Shown here: positions 27,201 through 39,636 of the stretch, piece after piece | How positions within the stretch are numbered: position 1 is the stretch's first letter | Layout: each line of letters begins with the position of its first letter | From: Trichoplax adhaerens | Lineage: Eukaryota; Animalia; Placozoa | Direction: 5' to 3' | NCBI RefSeq assembly: GCF_000150275.1 | Contig: NW_002060972.1 | Location: 186,645-250,644 of the forward strand | Length of the DNA stretch: 64,000 nucleotides | Notes under the pieces: generated by a model | Databases searched by the model: none | Told to the model about the DNA's origin: nothing | What the model saw: only the letters and a program-made list of their open reading frames with translations | Translations under genes and position numbers: made by a program

Positions 27201-30200
27201 TTAGCTAAGGAAAATGTGCGAAATGGCGATGACAATTTAAGTTACTGGAGCATGTCAGAGTAAGTAAACTACTTCCAATTTTATCAATCCATCGTGTTAC
27301 TACCTACTGTAATTTACATTATACTGCCTGTTCTGACTTGCAAATAGGTGTTCAACTGGTGCAACAACGACTGAATATACTTATGATGTATGCCAACGAT
27401 TCGGTAAGAATGAACACGACAAATTTATATCAGTTTCGAATCCCGACTTTGGACCTTTGCGAATAATTGGTAGTGAAAATAATGGTACACAAGACTTGCA
27501 AATTGTGGTATGTTGGTATACGATAAATAAATGCCTAAGGTTAATAATTGACTATCGTTGAAATAGTGCTGTAAACACAATCAAATCAGTCACAAAGATC
27601 GACTCACAAACTGCCAATAAAATCAATGCTAATTACTTGTTACGGCATCATGCCATTGATGTCAATTCTTCACCCATTCCACTTTAGTTGAATCGATCAA
27701 TTAAGATCTACACATTAACATCTTGTCATAGCAGCATCAGTCTGTTCTGTCTGTCAAGCCATGCTACTGTGTACTGACTGTGTAGTCCATAGCTACCTTC
27801 TTTGGTTGATTCAGTGTTTGACATACGTTGATGTAGATTAAATTGAATGGAACGCAATTAAATAGAACTATTTTGATAGCATGTTGATACGATGAGATGA
27901 AGCCAATGGTCGCTCACTATTGCAATTGCATTAATAGATTAAAGATTATCAAACATCAAAAATTGAACTTAAAATATCTCCATATACCTGGATTGATAGT
28001 GTTGAAATCTCAGCTGACGGTCGGACTGTAGCCTTCAAGTCTAATGAGGTAGCACATTGCAATTTGAGTATGATGGTAGCTTTACTTAAGGGATAAATTC
28101 AAAATTGATTATCATCAATGTTGAGTCAATGATCTATATTGCAATTAGACCGCTAATTAGTCTGGAGACAGTTCGAAATTTGCAATCTATTCTGCTGCTA
28201 ATAAAAATACAGTCGTTGTTTATATCATTCTTGATTCATTTTCAACATTCTTAAATAATATCTTCATTCATTTGTTGAATATTCCTAGTGGATCGTTCAC
28301 GATATCGATAAAAATAAAGAAATAGACTTTGCTAAAAACGAAGAAGGGAAAGTCATTAAAACTGATTTTTGTTCGTTACAATTTTGCCCTGCTGTATCTG
28401 AAACCAAAGTCATCATGACACTCTCTAAAGATCGCCGTGAAGTTACGGTTAGCAGTGAATATGCATTTAAGTAAATATTAAACATGCAAAGCGATAGAAA
28501 TCTGTTGCGTTCGACTGTAATATTAGATTTGGAAGATTGAGGGGAATTGCATTAGACCTTTGAATAAGCGAATACTATGCCAATACAACATACGATATTG
28601 TCAATGGGTACAAGTGCATGATAGCGTTCGTGTCTTGTTGGGGTGGAGAAATTTTAATGAATTTGGTAAAAGTCGACATACATCTGACGATCCGTTAAAC
28701 AAGATTAATGAATGGCAAATTGAAGTAAGCTTCCACTGACTAAAAGGAGTAAAGTACTAAATTGTCTCTTAGAGATCTAATTGATAGAAGCTACTTGTAT
28801 TAATTTGACGGATAGATATGGCATGTACAGCGATGGACTTGTCTATCATTGAAAGTACCTGATTACATCCATGCAAAGGATGATGGTCGGTACTTTGCTA
28901 CCAATGATTCTAAAGAAAGTTTGTTCTTGAACTTCATCAATACGCGTATCTACCTTGATGCAACCTATATAATATTAGCATATACAGGTTCCAACCTTGA
29001 AACCAATGGTACAATTGGTCTGTTAAAAATGAAACAATTTGGAAAAATGGAATTTGAAAATGAATTTCGGCCAATATTACATCATATTCCACGAGTTGAG
29101 AATATTTCGGTATCAGACGATCAGCAAATGATTTTCATTTACTTCGCGCGCGCTCGCGATGAATATTATCGTCGTAGTTATATGGGTACATTTGACTGTC
29201 GTGAGAATAAGGTTAGTGCAATATTGGGTTACTCATCATCATAAGCATAATTCGTCCTAAAGTAGATCTGCATAATATTTTATTGTGCAGTAATACTAGT
29301 CCTATATTGTAATACTGTGATATATGTAGAAACTCATACTTAAAATGCGATGTTGTCAAGTCCAATCTTGTGTTCAAGTTGAGCAATCTGGTCCACCAAT
29401 GTTGATTCCTGGTAGTAATCGATTGCTTATTTATGATCGCTCTCAAACACATAATGTATATGAGTATAATTTACAAGGTAAGTGATGATGGTTCTACAAC
29501 AAGTGCAATTTGATCATGCCTACATTCATGGTCACAAGATCGTTTTCATTAAACTAAGGCGATAAAATTGCTTGGCAAGATATCCCTCAATCAAAATCAT
29601 ATGATGATCTTAAAAGATCTGAAATTACCGTCCCCGAATCTACCGTACCCGAAACTTCCGTCAACATATTCAACGTAGGTTAAGCTTTCATCAACACAAT
29701 ATGTTTGGAGTAGCTGTATCGACTCTATACTCAATTGAATTGTTGATTAGTTACAGATGATCGAGTTTCTAGGTATAGAAGATTGTAGAAAGCACCGAGA
29801 ATTAATCTATCAACTCTTAGTAAAAGAATCGAATGATACAGCATTTATGTACATACGATACAGAAAGAAGGATAACACACTTATTTTCATGCAACATAAG
29901 ACAGTATGTTGAAGTGGATATGAAAATGACTTAAGTATTTTTGAACAGGAAATGATAAAAATGAGAATGCTTTTTAACTAACATAACAAGTTATTGAACT
30001 GATTTTACAATTATGTAGGAGGTAAATTGGTCGAAGGATTCATTTAATTGATTTATTTTAGATGCTGTCCCAAAATTGGATAATAACCATTAGCCTTACG
30101 ACCGGAAAGAAGATAATTGATCGACCTGCATGTATTGCAAAAGCTAATATTGAGTACTTTGATGATGATTATCTTTATGCTTGGGAATGCGAGGAATCTA

Positions 30201-31222
30201 ATTCAAACTCGTATAGCTTCAAAGTAAGTATGATTTTATTCTACTTTAATCTTCTTTCTAAACTCTAAACGTGTACAAATTGACTGTTCAGTTTCATGTC
30301 GACGGACTTATTGGAAATAGCCTTGAATATCGACTTTGACGTCCATTGCAAATAAACCATTGCAAATGGAGACGATCAATAACGACATTTTCAATTTGAA
30401 TTTATTGTAGTGTTATAAGATTGGAGATGGTGAATATCATATGAAATTACTGCAAACCATAAGATACAAACATATGGAAAAATTAATCTTTAAAATAACT
30501 ATGAATTACAACTCTAATGGAGCCAATTATAATCCTACGATTGAACAATCGTCTTTTTCGAAGGAGAAAGTGTTAGTTGATGCATGGGGAGAGAGAGATG
30601 CCAATATGATTGCCAATCTACCGGAAGTAAGTCATATTGATGTTGCATAATGCTCGCAGTGATACAGTCAATATGGAAATGATAAATTGGGTGGATGGCG
30701 GATGATGACCACTGTAATGAGTTGATTATGAGAGGAGCTTTACTTTAGTCCATAATTGATCCTTACATTCAATTTAATTCATTATAGAAATATCGTCATG
30801 AAAATTATTTTCTACTACTGGAAAATGGAGACCATATAGCAGTAAGACAACGATAACAGGATACAATCGATGATACTTTATTGTTGAACGTATGTTGTGC
30901 TAATCATAAAATTAAATACCTATAGATAATTGCTAGAACTAACCAACTATTCATGAAAAGATACAAAGACAATATCAAATACTTCGACAGTCGCACCCAA
31001 TTCTTCAACCCTGAAAATTTATGGTCGGACAAGCATTTAATCCTGTACGAGTATGATCGAGTGCAATCCAAATTCAATATTTATAATGCTCAAACACTAC
31101 AGCTACAAATCATTCTACCATTTACTCACTTCGGTGTCGCGGACATTCAGTGGAATCTTCAACAATCTCAACTCATCATTAAGGGTTTTAAGGATTACTG
31201 CTTAGTAACCGTCATTGAATAA
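24296..31222 (+). CDS. Apaf-1-like protein: CARD - WHD - HD2 (APAF1_C-like) - divergent beta-propeller, lacking NBD/HD1
   Basis: 17 exons: 24296-24608 (CARD: MVVSKYIKSVIDKNY...ILSNEEVEKL...RAFEFLKIL...FYQFCSLL), 24735-24788, 25419-25638 (LFEQLAVFKRVNIPIQSVVSLW...NKSLL), 26611-26944 (LHDLMVDYL...DDGYFYLNLIYHA...TDFNWMKCKI), 27063-27259, 27348-27507, 27938-28048 (SVEISADGRTVAF), 28289-28447, 28527-28724, 28816-29211, 29330-29477, 29559-29674, 29751-29903, 30062-30223, 30411-30626, 30788-30841, 30926-31222. Total 3288 nt, ~1095 aa, no internal stop. An optional 87-nt phase-1 exon lies at 24996-25082. Confidence 0.85.
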
Positions 31223-31715
31223 GGATAAACAAGAAAAGAAGCCATTTATTGGTTAAGCATCCGTTCTAGGAGAAGAGTGTTGATTTGCTATATTGAAGAA
31301 TTGCTAACACTGTTGTAGTGATTTCAGCTAATTACAGTAGTTTTGTGTGGGCAATACAGTGATAGTATGTAGTATAGAACTGGATTTCTTAATAAAGTAA
31401 GTGTTGATAATAGGGCTAACAATCCATACACTACAACTGTATAGACTGTATCGATATAATATTTGCATGAAATATTTGCGTGACAAAGAGAAATGGATCG
31501 GCTATGGTTGTTAACACAAGCAAATATTGATGGCAGTCTAATACTGTAGACAGGGATCTCTCTAGCTAATCTTGAATTCATGCAAAATAATCGACATGGC
31601 TAATTTCAATCCTTGAAAGATGGATCATCCATTTAATGAGAGAGTAATTATTAATAAACTAAATCAAAATTACTTCAATAAATGATGGATGGTGGATGTG
31701 TGTACACGTGCATAA

Positions 31716-32185
31716 AGCAAACCCCCAATGTCAGTAAAACGAATACCCCCAAAATTAATATAGTAAACCATCATTAAAAGTAGTGTAGTCCATGGGGTCA
31801 ATGCAATTGTTGAGTTATTTGCAAATCTATTACAAATCGTAGTTAAAGAAGGACTTAAAGAGAAAATGAAAACTTCTCTAAAAAGGCGTTGGTGTAAAAT
31901 AGGATGAGAAAATAAAAATAATAAAAATAGGGATAGAGAAAATCATTTACAAAATTGCAGTCTATCATTAAGCATCCCATCTACTGTACAGCAAACCCCA
32001 AAGTCAGTTAAAACAATACTCAAAAATAGCGCAAAACAAGACCAATAGTATTGCAATCCATTGGATAAATGCAATTGTTGAGTTAGTTGCATGTCCATTA
32101 CATATCGTAGTAAAGACGGACTTGAAAGAGAAACTATCTCAGCAAGTCATTGGTAAAAATAAGAAGATAAGAAAATAAAAATATT
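31716..32185. repeat. Diverged tandem duplication (~275-bp period)
   Basis: agcaaacccc.a..gtcagt...aatgcaattgttgagtta.ttgca...atcgtagt.aaga.ggactt occurs at 31716-31920 and 31990-32185. Confidence 0.8.
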
Positions 32186-33828
32186 ATTTGTTTTCATTTT
32201 CTTACAATTGATTATTTATTTTTATTTGGGAAAACAAAAATAGAATTACAAAAATTCCAATTCATTTGCATCATTCTACCATTCAGTCAATTGTGGAAGT
32301 GGTAACAGTATATCTTCAGCATCATGTCTTCTACAACAATAATTCATCATCGTATATATAGTACAATATCATTGGTCAATTATTATTAACGCATTCTCGC
32401 AAAAGTTATTTTATAGAAACTACGTTAAGAAATCTATGTAAAAGATATTTCATAAAACTAGGTTAAGTATAATTAAGCAGTTTATTACATTACATAGCAC
32501 AACTAAAATACAAAAGCCAAAAATTATCCTAGAGCAGCTCGGCTTAAATAAATTATCTAAAATACAGAAAAGAATACAATGTCATCATATAATTCTCACA
32601 TTAAGTAATTAGATTATAATGATAACATATTTAAATCATAGTAACACTGAAACAAACAGAAAAAGAAAAGAATCACACGGTTTATATTGTAACATGATGC
32701 ACGATTTATAGCATATCACCAATATACTCACATAGTACAAAAAAAAGTTATTTAATTTAGTGAAGCTGCTAGATAAACTATTGTTATCAACATGTTATAT
32801 AGAAGTGAATTAGATATAACTTGAAAATAATACCAATATATAGGTAATGTTTATGATAATTCGAATATGTTGATTTCATCTTCGTAGAATATGATATCAA
32901 TCATAAAATTCATTCTCATAGTAAGTTCTGTAAGTGTTCAGAGACGTATTTCCTAATTGTTATGCTGTAAATAAGTTAGATAACTATTTAAGCAGCAACG
33001 CTTTTCCGTTATTCTTGTTCTTAGTCTTTCTTTTCTAAAATCTGTTGTTCTAAGAAGCTCTTCTTGCCTGCCGGAGCATGTTTTATTATCATGTAGTATC
33101 TCAACCGATAGAGAAATAGTTATGAAATCCGCTGTTATAAAATTGTTTATGTGATCTGCTAGCTAATTACAGTCAATAGAACAGGTTTTATTAGAGTGCA
33201 TATATCCTGTTATTCTATAGTATATCGTAGTAACAGCAGATAATATTGTTGTGCTAAATAAACATACTAGAAAGAGTAAACTATCAGCTACATTACACTA
33301 TATGTAGAGTATACTGAAACTAATGAAACTATATTAACTACGGTTTTACCTTTATAAAAACTTCGGATAAGTACCACCTGATTTTGCAACCGTAATGCAA
33401 TTTTAAAACATTATATAGCGAGTATAGTACTTTACAACATACCCATTAACAACTCAATTATAATTATGGTTGTATTAATAGATTATCCAGTTTAGATATT
33501 TTTTATATATAATCAGCATAAACACTCATGCTCAACAGGATACAGCATATTGACAACTATACATGTAGAAATATTTGATCAAATCTGCGTTTACGATAAA
33601 TTCGAAAATTTGCGAAATTCATTAAATCTAAAGTCTGGTGAGACAATAAGATAACAGCTTTCGCAAGTATATTAATAAATCTAATGCGCCAAATTATGTA
33701 ATTTCTACGTTTCCAATAGTATCACTTTCCGTGCGCATAGAGATTATTTTTATATTTAATTACTTTATATGGAAGGATAGCATTACAATGTAATCATGTT
33801 AACTACTAATTTCTTGATAATTTACCTA

Positions 33829-34730
33829 GAACGGGCCAGTCAAGACCTTATTATGTAACTTTACAAAAGCCATCTTATTCCTAAAATTAAAGGCAAAATC
33901 TTATCGAAAGGTTTTAATGCAAGCTATGCAGGAAGATTTAAGCGAGTTGGTTCAGTTCTATGAAACCATGGCCTCGTACTGCAGACAAAGGTTGGAAAAA
34001 GATACTGTTGCTGAAGGCGGACAAAATCCGAATAACCTTAATCAGCGTCCGATCATCATTGAAAAAGCGGTTAGTATAACCGGCTAAGTAATTGCAGAAA
34101 CTGGATACTGTCTCAACTTACTTCATTCAAGTAACATTGAATTAGATAAAAGCTATTATCTCGAATAAAGTGTATTGTAACAAAGTACGTCCTCCTAGAA
34201 ATACTTTAGCGATATTGAATACCTTTTAGTAAACAATAAAAGTACTGGAGATAGTGTAAAATATAGAATTAGTTTAGATTTTAAAAATTTGGAATTCATA
34301 CGTTATTGAAATTGACTGCGATCCTACTGTTAGTTGACTAAAGGTAATATTGATCGAAATATAGACAACAATATGCGGAAATAAATTACTGGAAGCCAGT
34401 GTTTTGTAAATATCACAACTATAAGTACTTATAAAATTTTACGAAAATCTGATATTGAAGGCCTTATTTTATTGGACATGCACTACTTTAGTTAATGATG
34501 GAAAAAGCAAGAGAAAATTTGCACCAAAAAATGGAAGCAACTGGAAAGCAGATTGATAATCTACTTACTATTCTTCAGAATGCAACAAAAGAGCTTACTG
34601 CTTAGGAAGAAAGTGATTCGCACTGTAATAAGCCTAATACCACCCTACTGAATTTATCATCGCGAAATGATTCCCTTATCGCCAAAATTCTTCATTTTGC
34701 AATAAATATAATCGAAAGTATATATTTAGT
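33829..34730 (+). pseudogene. Decayed helical/coiled-coil coding exons, possibly guanylate-binding protein (GBP) C-terminal region
   Basis: Exon-like 33829-34069 (ERASQDLIM*LYKSHLIPKIKGKIL.../QEDLSELVQFYETMASYCRQRLEKDTVAE...IEKA|gt) and 34492-34730 (LMMEKARENLHQKMEATGKQIDNLL...*). Paralogous to 58730-58966. The GBP assignment is tentative. Confidence 0.45.
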
Positions 34731-35157
34731 ATCCTAATAGCGGCATTCACGAACGTTTATGAGTTATCTTCATTTCAGCCCATACCAATATATTTTAAAC
34801 TACAAATTGTTACTATCAATAGATATCAATTGAATAATTAAAGAGGAAACGGTACGGTATTCGTAATCTAATAAAAGAGCGACCTGCGGTGTAAAAGTTT
34901 AACCCGTAATGATCCCATATTGAAAGATAAATAGACACAAACGGTAATAAATTTCTATCCCTACGGAAAATATTTCCTTAATTTGCTGATGTAAACAATC
35001 TGTAACTTAATACGAAGAAATAAAGCTTCAATTGCACAACTGCAAAAAGTCTTCAATACTTTCTTACTCCATCGCTTCTTAATTGAATATTTCAATGTTG
35101 CTACGAATATGCAGCAGCGCGAAGGCTTCACGACTAGAAGAAACTAGAATGGCTATT

Positions 35158-35594
35158 TGTTACGATGCGTAAGCTCGTCCTAATTATAATTATTGAGTAA
35201 TATTAAATATTGCTTGTGTGGATTGACGTTTTATTAATTGTCATTTCTTCATATAACTTGTTTAACCAGGAGTTTCTGACGAGACTATAAAAGGCTGATG
35301 CCTGAAGATTCCTTTTTAGTTCGTTAGTCGGTTAGATAGTCAACTAGTTTTCAATTGATATTTAATTGCGAAGACTATAATCTTGGGTGCCAAGATTCCT
35401 TCAGTAATAAATGATAGTAAATCTCTGACTATCTCGTCTACATCATCTGTGACGCTATAATTATACCATAGTATTCGGTTGTTGGAACTGAATTAGTTGG
35501 TGATATAGCTAATCTCGCCTCTTTAAGTTAGTAAGTGGCGTTCTCCGCAAGGATTGGCGTGTGTAGACTACTTTGTCACTAGTGGTGTGTGACA
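35158..35594 (+). mobile_element. Solo LTR, family A (437 bp)
   Basis: TGTTAC...GTGACA termini, perfect 5-bp TSD CTATT (35153-35157 and 35595-35599), internal TATAAAA and AATAAA. Second copy at 6375-6750. Confidence 0.88.
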
Positions 35595-35628
35595 CTATTA
35601 TAGAAATAATCATTAATCATCCTTATAG

Positions 35629-37771
35629 ATAAATAATTGATATGAATCATTTTCAAATAAATTAACATTTAAAGTAGCCATAGACAATGATCCTCAAACA
35701 GTCATCGAGATATTAGATTTAGCATTGGCTTGCATAAGCGATATTCCAGTTGTGGCTCTGCTAATAAAGGAAATCAACGATAATGAATATAATTATAAAC
35801 TCAAGGTCAAATATTAATCTCGTGTAGATTTACTAAAGTATAATAATTTCCCTAGAAATAATTGAGCAGAATAATTTTATTGATAATTAGTAGATAAATA
35901 AATACGAAGCAAAACCATCTGCAAAATTGTTGTACTATTCCATACTCTATGACTATAATCGGTGCTTCTTATACAATGATTTAAAAGCTGCTTTAGTAGT
36001 AAATTTTAAAGATAAGAAGCCAAAAATGATATTTACAGAGGTAAATCTTACTATAGGTCGACTAACAAGTAGCCGACAGTACATTGGTCTTTTAAATTAT
36101 CCACTTATACTTTAGTAAATAAACATTATCGCAGATTACGAGAATGAGTAATTTTGCTTGGTTACAATATACTTTCAAAATATAAGTTAGCTATCATAAA
36201 TGTAATCGAGAGTTTAATTTTAACTTCGATTAATGCATATAAGTTGTCAACATTCTGAGTAAAGAGGGGAATGGACAACCCGAGGAATTGCTAAATTACG
36301 ATATTCCTCGGTCATGTATTGGCCGATATGACATCACATCAAGATAAAGAGAAATTGATAATATACTAATTTTCATGGTAAAATCTTGGGTATGTTATAC
36401 CAATAGTTGTTACTATTTCCTAAGCATAGTTTTGATTTACATACATAAATTACAATGCTCGATCTTGCAAGTAGGTTAGAAGCACGTTTATAGTAAAAAT
36501 TTTATTAACCAAGACCAATTACACAATTATTTCTTTTAGGATGATCACCATGAAGCAACCATGTTGATAATCACTATAAGCCTTACAATCAAAGAGAAAA
36601 TGATTTATCGGCTGGACTATAAGTATAAATGGCTTTAAATACTCATCGTTGATGATTGCTATCTTTGCACAAGACAGGAAGAAATAGATCCTAGCAGCGA
36701 TAAGGATCCACAGAGCATTAATGTAGTAAACATTATTTTTGAACACTGTTTTACCCGCATAAACATTTAATTTAATTTACTTTAAATTGCCACACGAATT
36801 TAATACAGAAAGGCTTACTTTGTTGTCTTTTCGATTTATCCTGCCTTATATTTATTTATAAGATGACGTTGATCAATATGAAATTATATTATAACCAAAT
36901 GATTTATCTCCATTCTAAATTGATTTTAGTGCTACAAATTTGGAGACGACAAAATGGAAACAATTTCGTAAGAAACTTGGCCGTTTCCGAGTGGAGGAAT
37001 AATATTTAAAATAACTATAAATTCTTTTATAACTGGTTATGAACCCAAAATTAAATACTTGCTTTACGAGGAGAAATATCTCGTGGATGAAATATTTGGA
37101 CATTATACTGCTCTAATTGTAAGTTGCAGTTTGAATATTCAGGATAAGGGGAAAGGAAGTGACCCATTCGATTTGAGGATAGATCATAATCCATTAATAG
37201 ATTAATAAATAGCAATTTGCATATTCTTCATTACTATGTTTTGATTTGTAAGTACATTGTAGGAAAATTATATGCTAGCAAATAACGAAATCTATATATT
37301 AGAAAATGGAGATCATTTAGCGGTAAGAAATGTTGATATTTAATTAATACCATAGGATTGAATGAAAAATGCTTTGTTTTATCCTACTTATAAAATCGGT
37401 AAAATTACTTCTTTATAGATATTAAACCTTTCCGGCATGATAGTGACGAAAATATGCAAGAACTATTTCATAAAGTTTGATTATGAAGCTTCTATTTTGA
37501 ATAATGATAATTTATGGTCGGAAAACCATTTTATTGCATATAATTGGAACACGTTAAATGTTAGAAACTTTTCTTCAGGCAATCTTATCAGTATTTCTAC
37601 TAAAAATTGTTCAAATCTATACATCTATGATGCTAAAACACTAAAGTTACAGATCAATCTACCGTTTACTTACTTTGAAATATATATGATGCAAAATGCA
37701 ACAGTCAGCAATCCTCACTCATCGTTAGCAACCGACATGATAAACATTGTTTAATAAAACACATTTTATAG
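35629..37771 (+). pseudogene. 3' remnant of a third Apaf-1-like gene (propeller region)
   Basis: Exon 37263-37322 YILENGDHLA matches LLLENGDHIA. Exon 37419-37771 NLWSENHFIAY...IYDAKTLKLQINLPFTYF matches NLWSDKHLILY...IYNAQTLQLQIILPFTHF, with a 2-bp frameshift in an AT run near 37682. The upstream exon-like pieces are degraded and less certain. Confidence 0.75.
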
Positions 37772-39636
37772 GATGTATAAAGCTAAAGTCTTGTTATTCT
37801 ATTTCTAAAATAACCAAGAATGAATTCGAGATTACTGGTATCTCTAAATCTATTACGTACCTATTAACTTTATTAAATTTAGGCTAACTTTTCTACTTTC
37901 AATAAATTAAATGCGTTCACTCAAAGTAAATTAATTTTATTACAGTGAGAAATTAAATTAATGGTTAATAAATTATACAGAGTACAAAAAAGGTTACAAT
38001 AAGATTTGATTATGAAGTGCAAATAAATAGAATTTAAGGGTAGGGATCCTATGTAACGAATTTATCCAGAATTGTGCTAGTCACTTCCATTTCTATTATA
38101 TGCTGTGCTAAATATGCCTAATAATTAAATTGAGTACCGTAACCAAACATTACGATAGAGAGCACAAAAGTATGAATTGATTATATGGCAATTAAAATAA
38201 AAAAATAAATGTCGTGCAAGGTGCTTCTGTTTACTTCCATCTAAATCGAAAGATACTAACTGAATAAGAAATAACGTAATTAAATTTACGTGTATCAGGG
38301 TTACAATACGCTCTTACTACATATTCATATACATATCGTGGTTATTAAGATTAAATAATTAAAAGACAACCCAATCAAACATTGTAAAAATATCGGTCTG
38401 ATATGTAGTTAGACAAAAAGATGGGAAAATGTCGCATTTTAATAAATTAGTGCGTCAAGTATGATAAAATCTCTGCAAAACAAACAAAAATGAGCTTAAA
38501 AATTGGACTTTCAAAATTAGAAAACACAAGACTGTAAGAAATACAGCTATGTTTACTATGAAAGAATTATCTGTAAACCGAATTATCGATGATAGATAAA
38601 GCTTGAAACAATCCTAAGCGGTTAATTAATATTTTGGGAATTAAATGATGACACGGATTGCTTAAAAATAACAAGTTATAGATTCTAGGTGCTTACAGTA
38701 TCCATCTACACTATTCAAAACAAACTGTAGTCTTAAAATGGGTAAGTAAATGTTACTGCGAGAATTATTTTAAAGTTTGCAAAGGCGGTAAAATGGTTGA
38801 CAAATGTGAAGTTAGAGAGACATAAATAGTTGTTATGAAAGGATAATGAATCTTGAAATCATGACCTGTAGGTGTTCTCAAGTATTGTTGTATTTATTTT
38901 ATCTAACATTGCTATCAAGATTACAGAAGTAGACTTACAATAAATATTTCAGTGTCTCAATTTTTCAGACTTAAACTGGAAAAGTAGTTATCTTATTGGG
39001 CTCTCCATTAGCCTAATTCACTGTAGATGTTCGTAGAAAGTTGGTTAAAATGTTGTTGATGTTATTTCGAACTATAAAGTCAAATTTGACCATATACCAT
39101 AAAATTAAAGGGGCGATTCTGTTCAAACCTTGCAATTTCAAGTATTACGGAGCGTAGATAGAAGCATTTACCGAAGAAAATCGTTTCGCTAATCAAAGTG
39201 TAATGCAGTGTTGGAATCATCGAATTTACTTTGCTACAGTTTATGAATGGTTTATGTATCTTGACGAGATAATATTCCTACATTAATCTGAACTTTATTG
39301 TTAGCCAATTTGATATCTTGCCACCATGCAATTTTACCGACCGTTCTGATAGAATAAGTAGTCTTCCATCTTGAATGACTGTGGCCTGTTTGGATGTTGT
39401 GCGAAGATTTTAATTATCGGACTCAAAAATGGGCTGAATAGACAGCAATTGACCTGAAAATGGTAGATTATAGCAATAGCAAAGAAGTTGCTTAATAGAA
39501 GTCGCTTAACAATCATACCTATCATAAACTATACAAGATTTTACGCAAGATTAGTTACGGTTTTCAGATTGTTGCTACTTAGTTAAGGCAAGCCGTGGCT
39601 AACTCACTCGTAGATAAATCAAGCTTTACCAATGAT

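Noticed and set aside
17880-31222. Single full-length Apaf-1 gene using the upstream NB-ARC exons
   Set aside because: The NB-ARC exons lie upstream of the CARD, carry stops, a frameshift and an LTR, and include their own WHD. They belong to a separate pseudogene.
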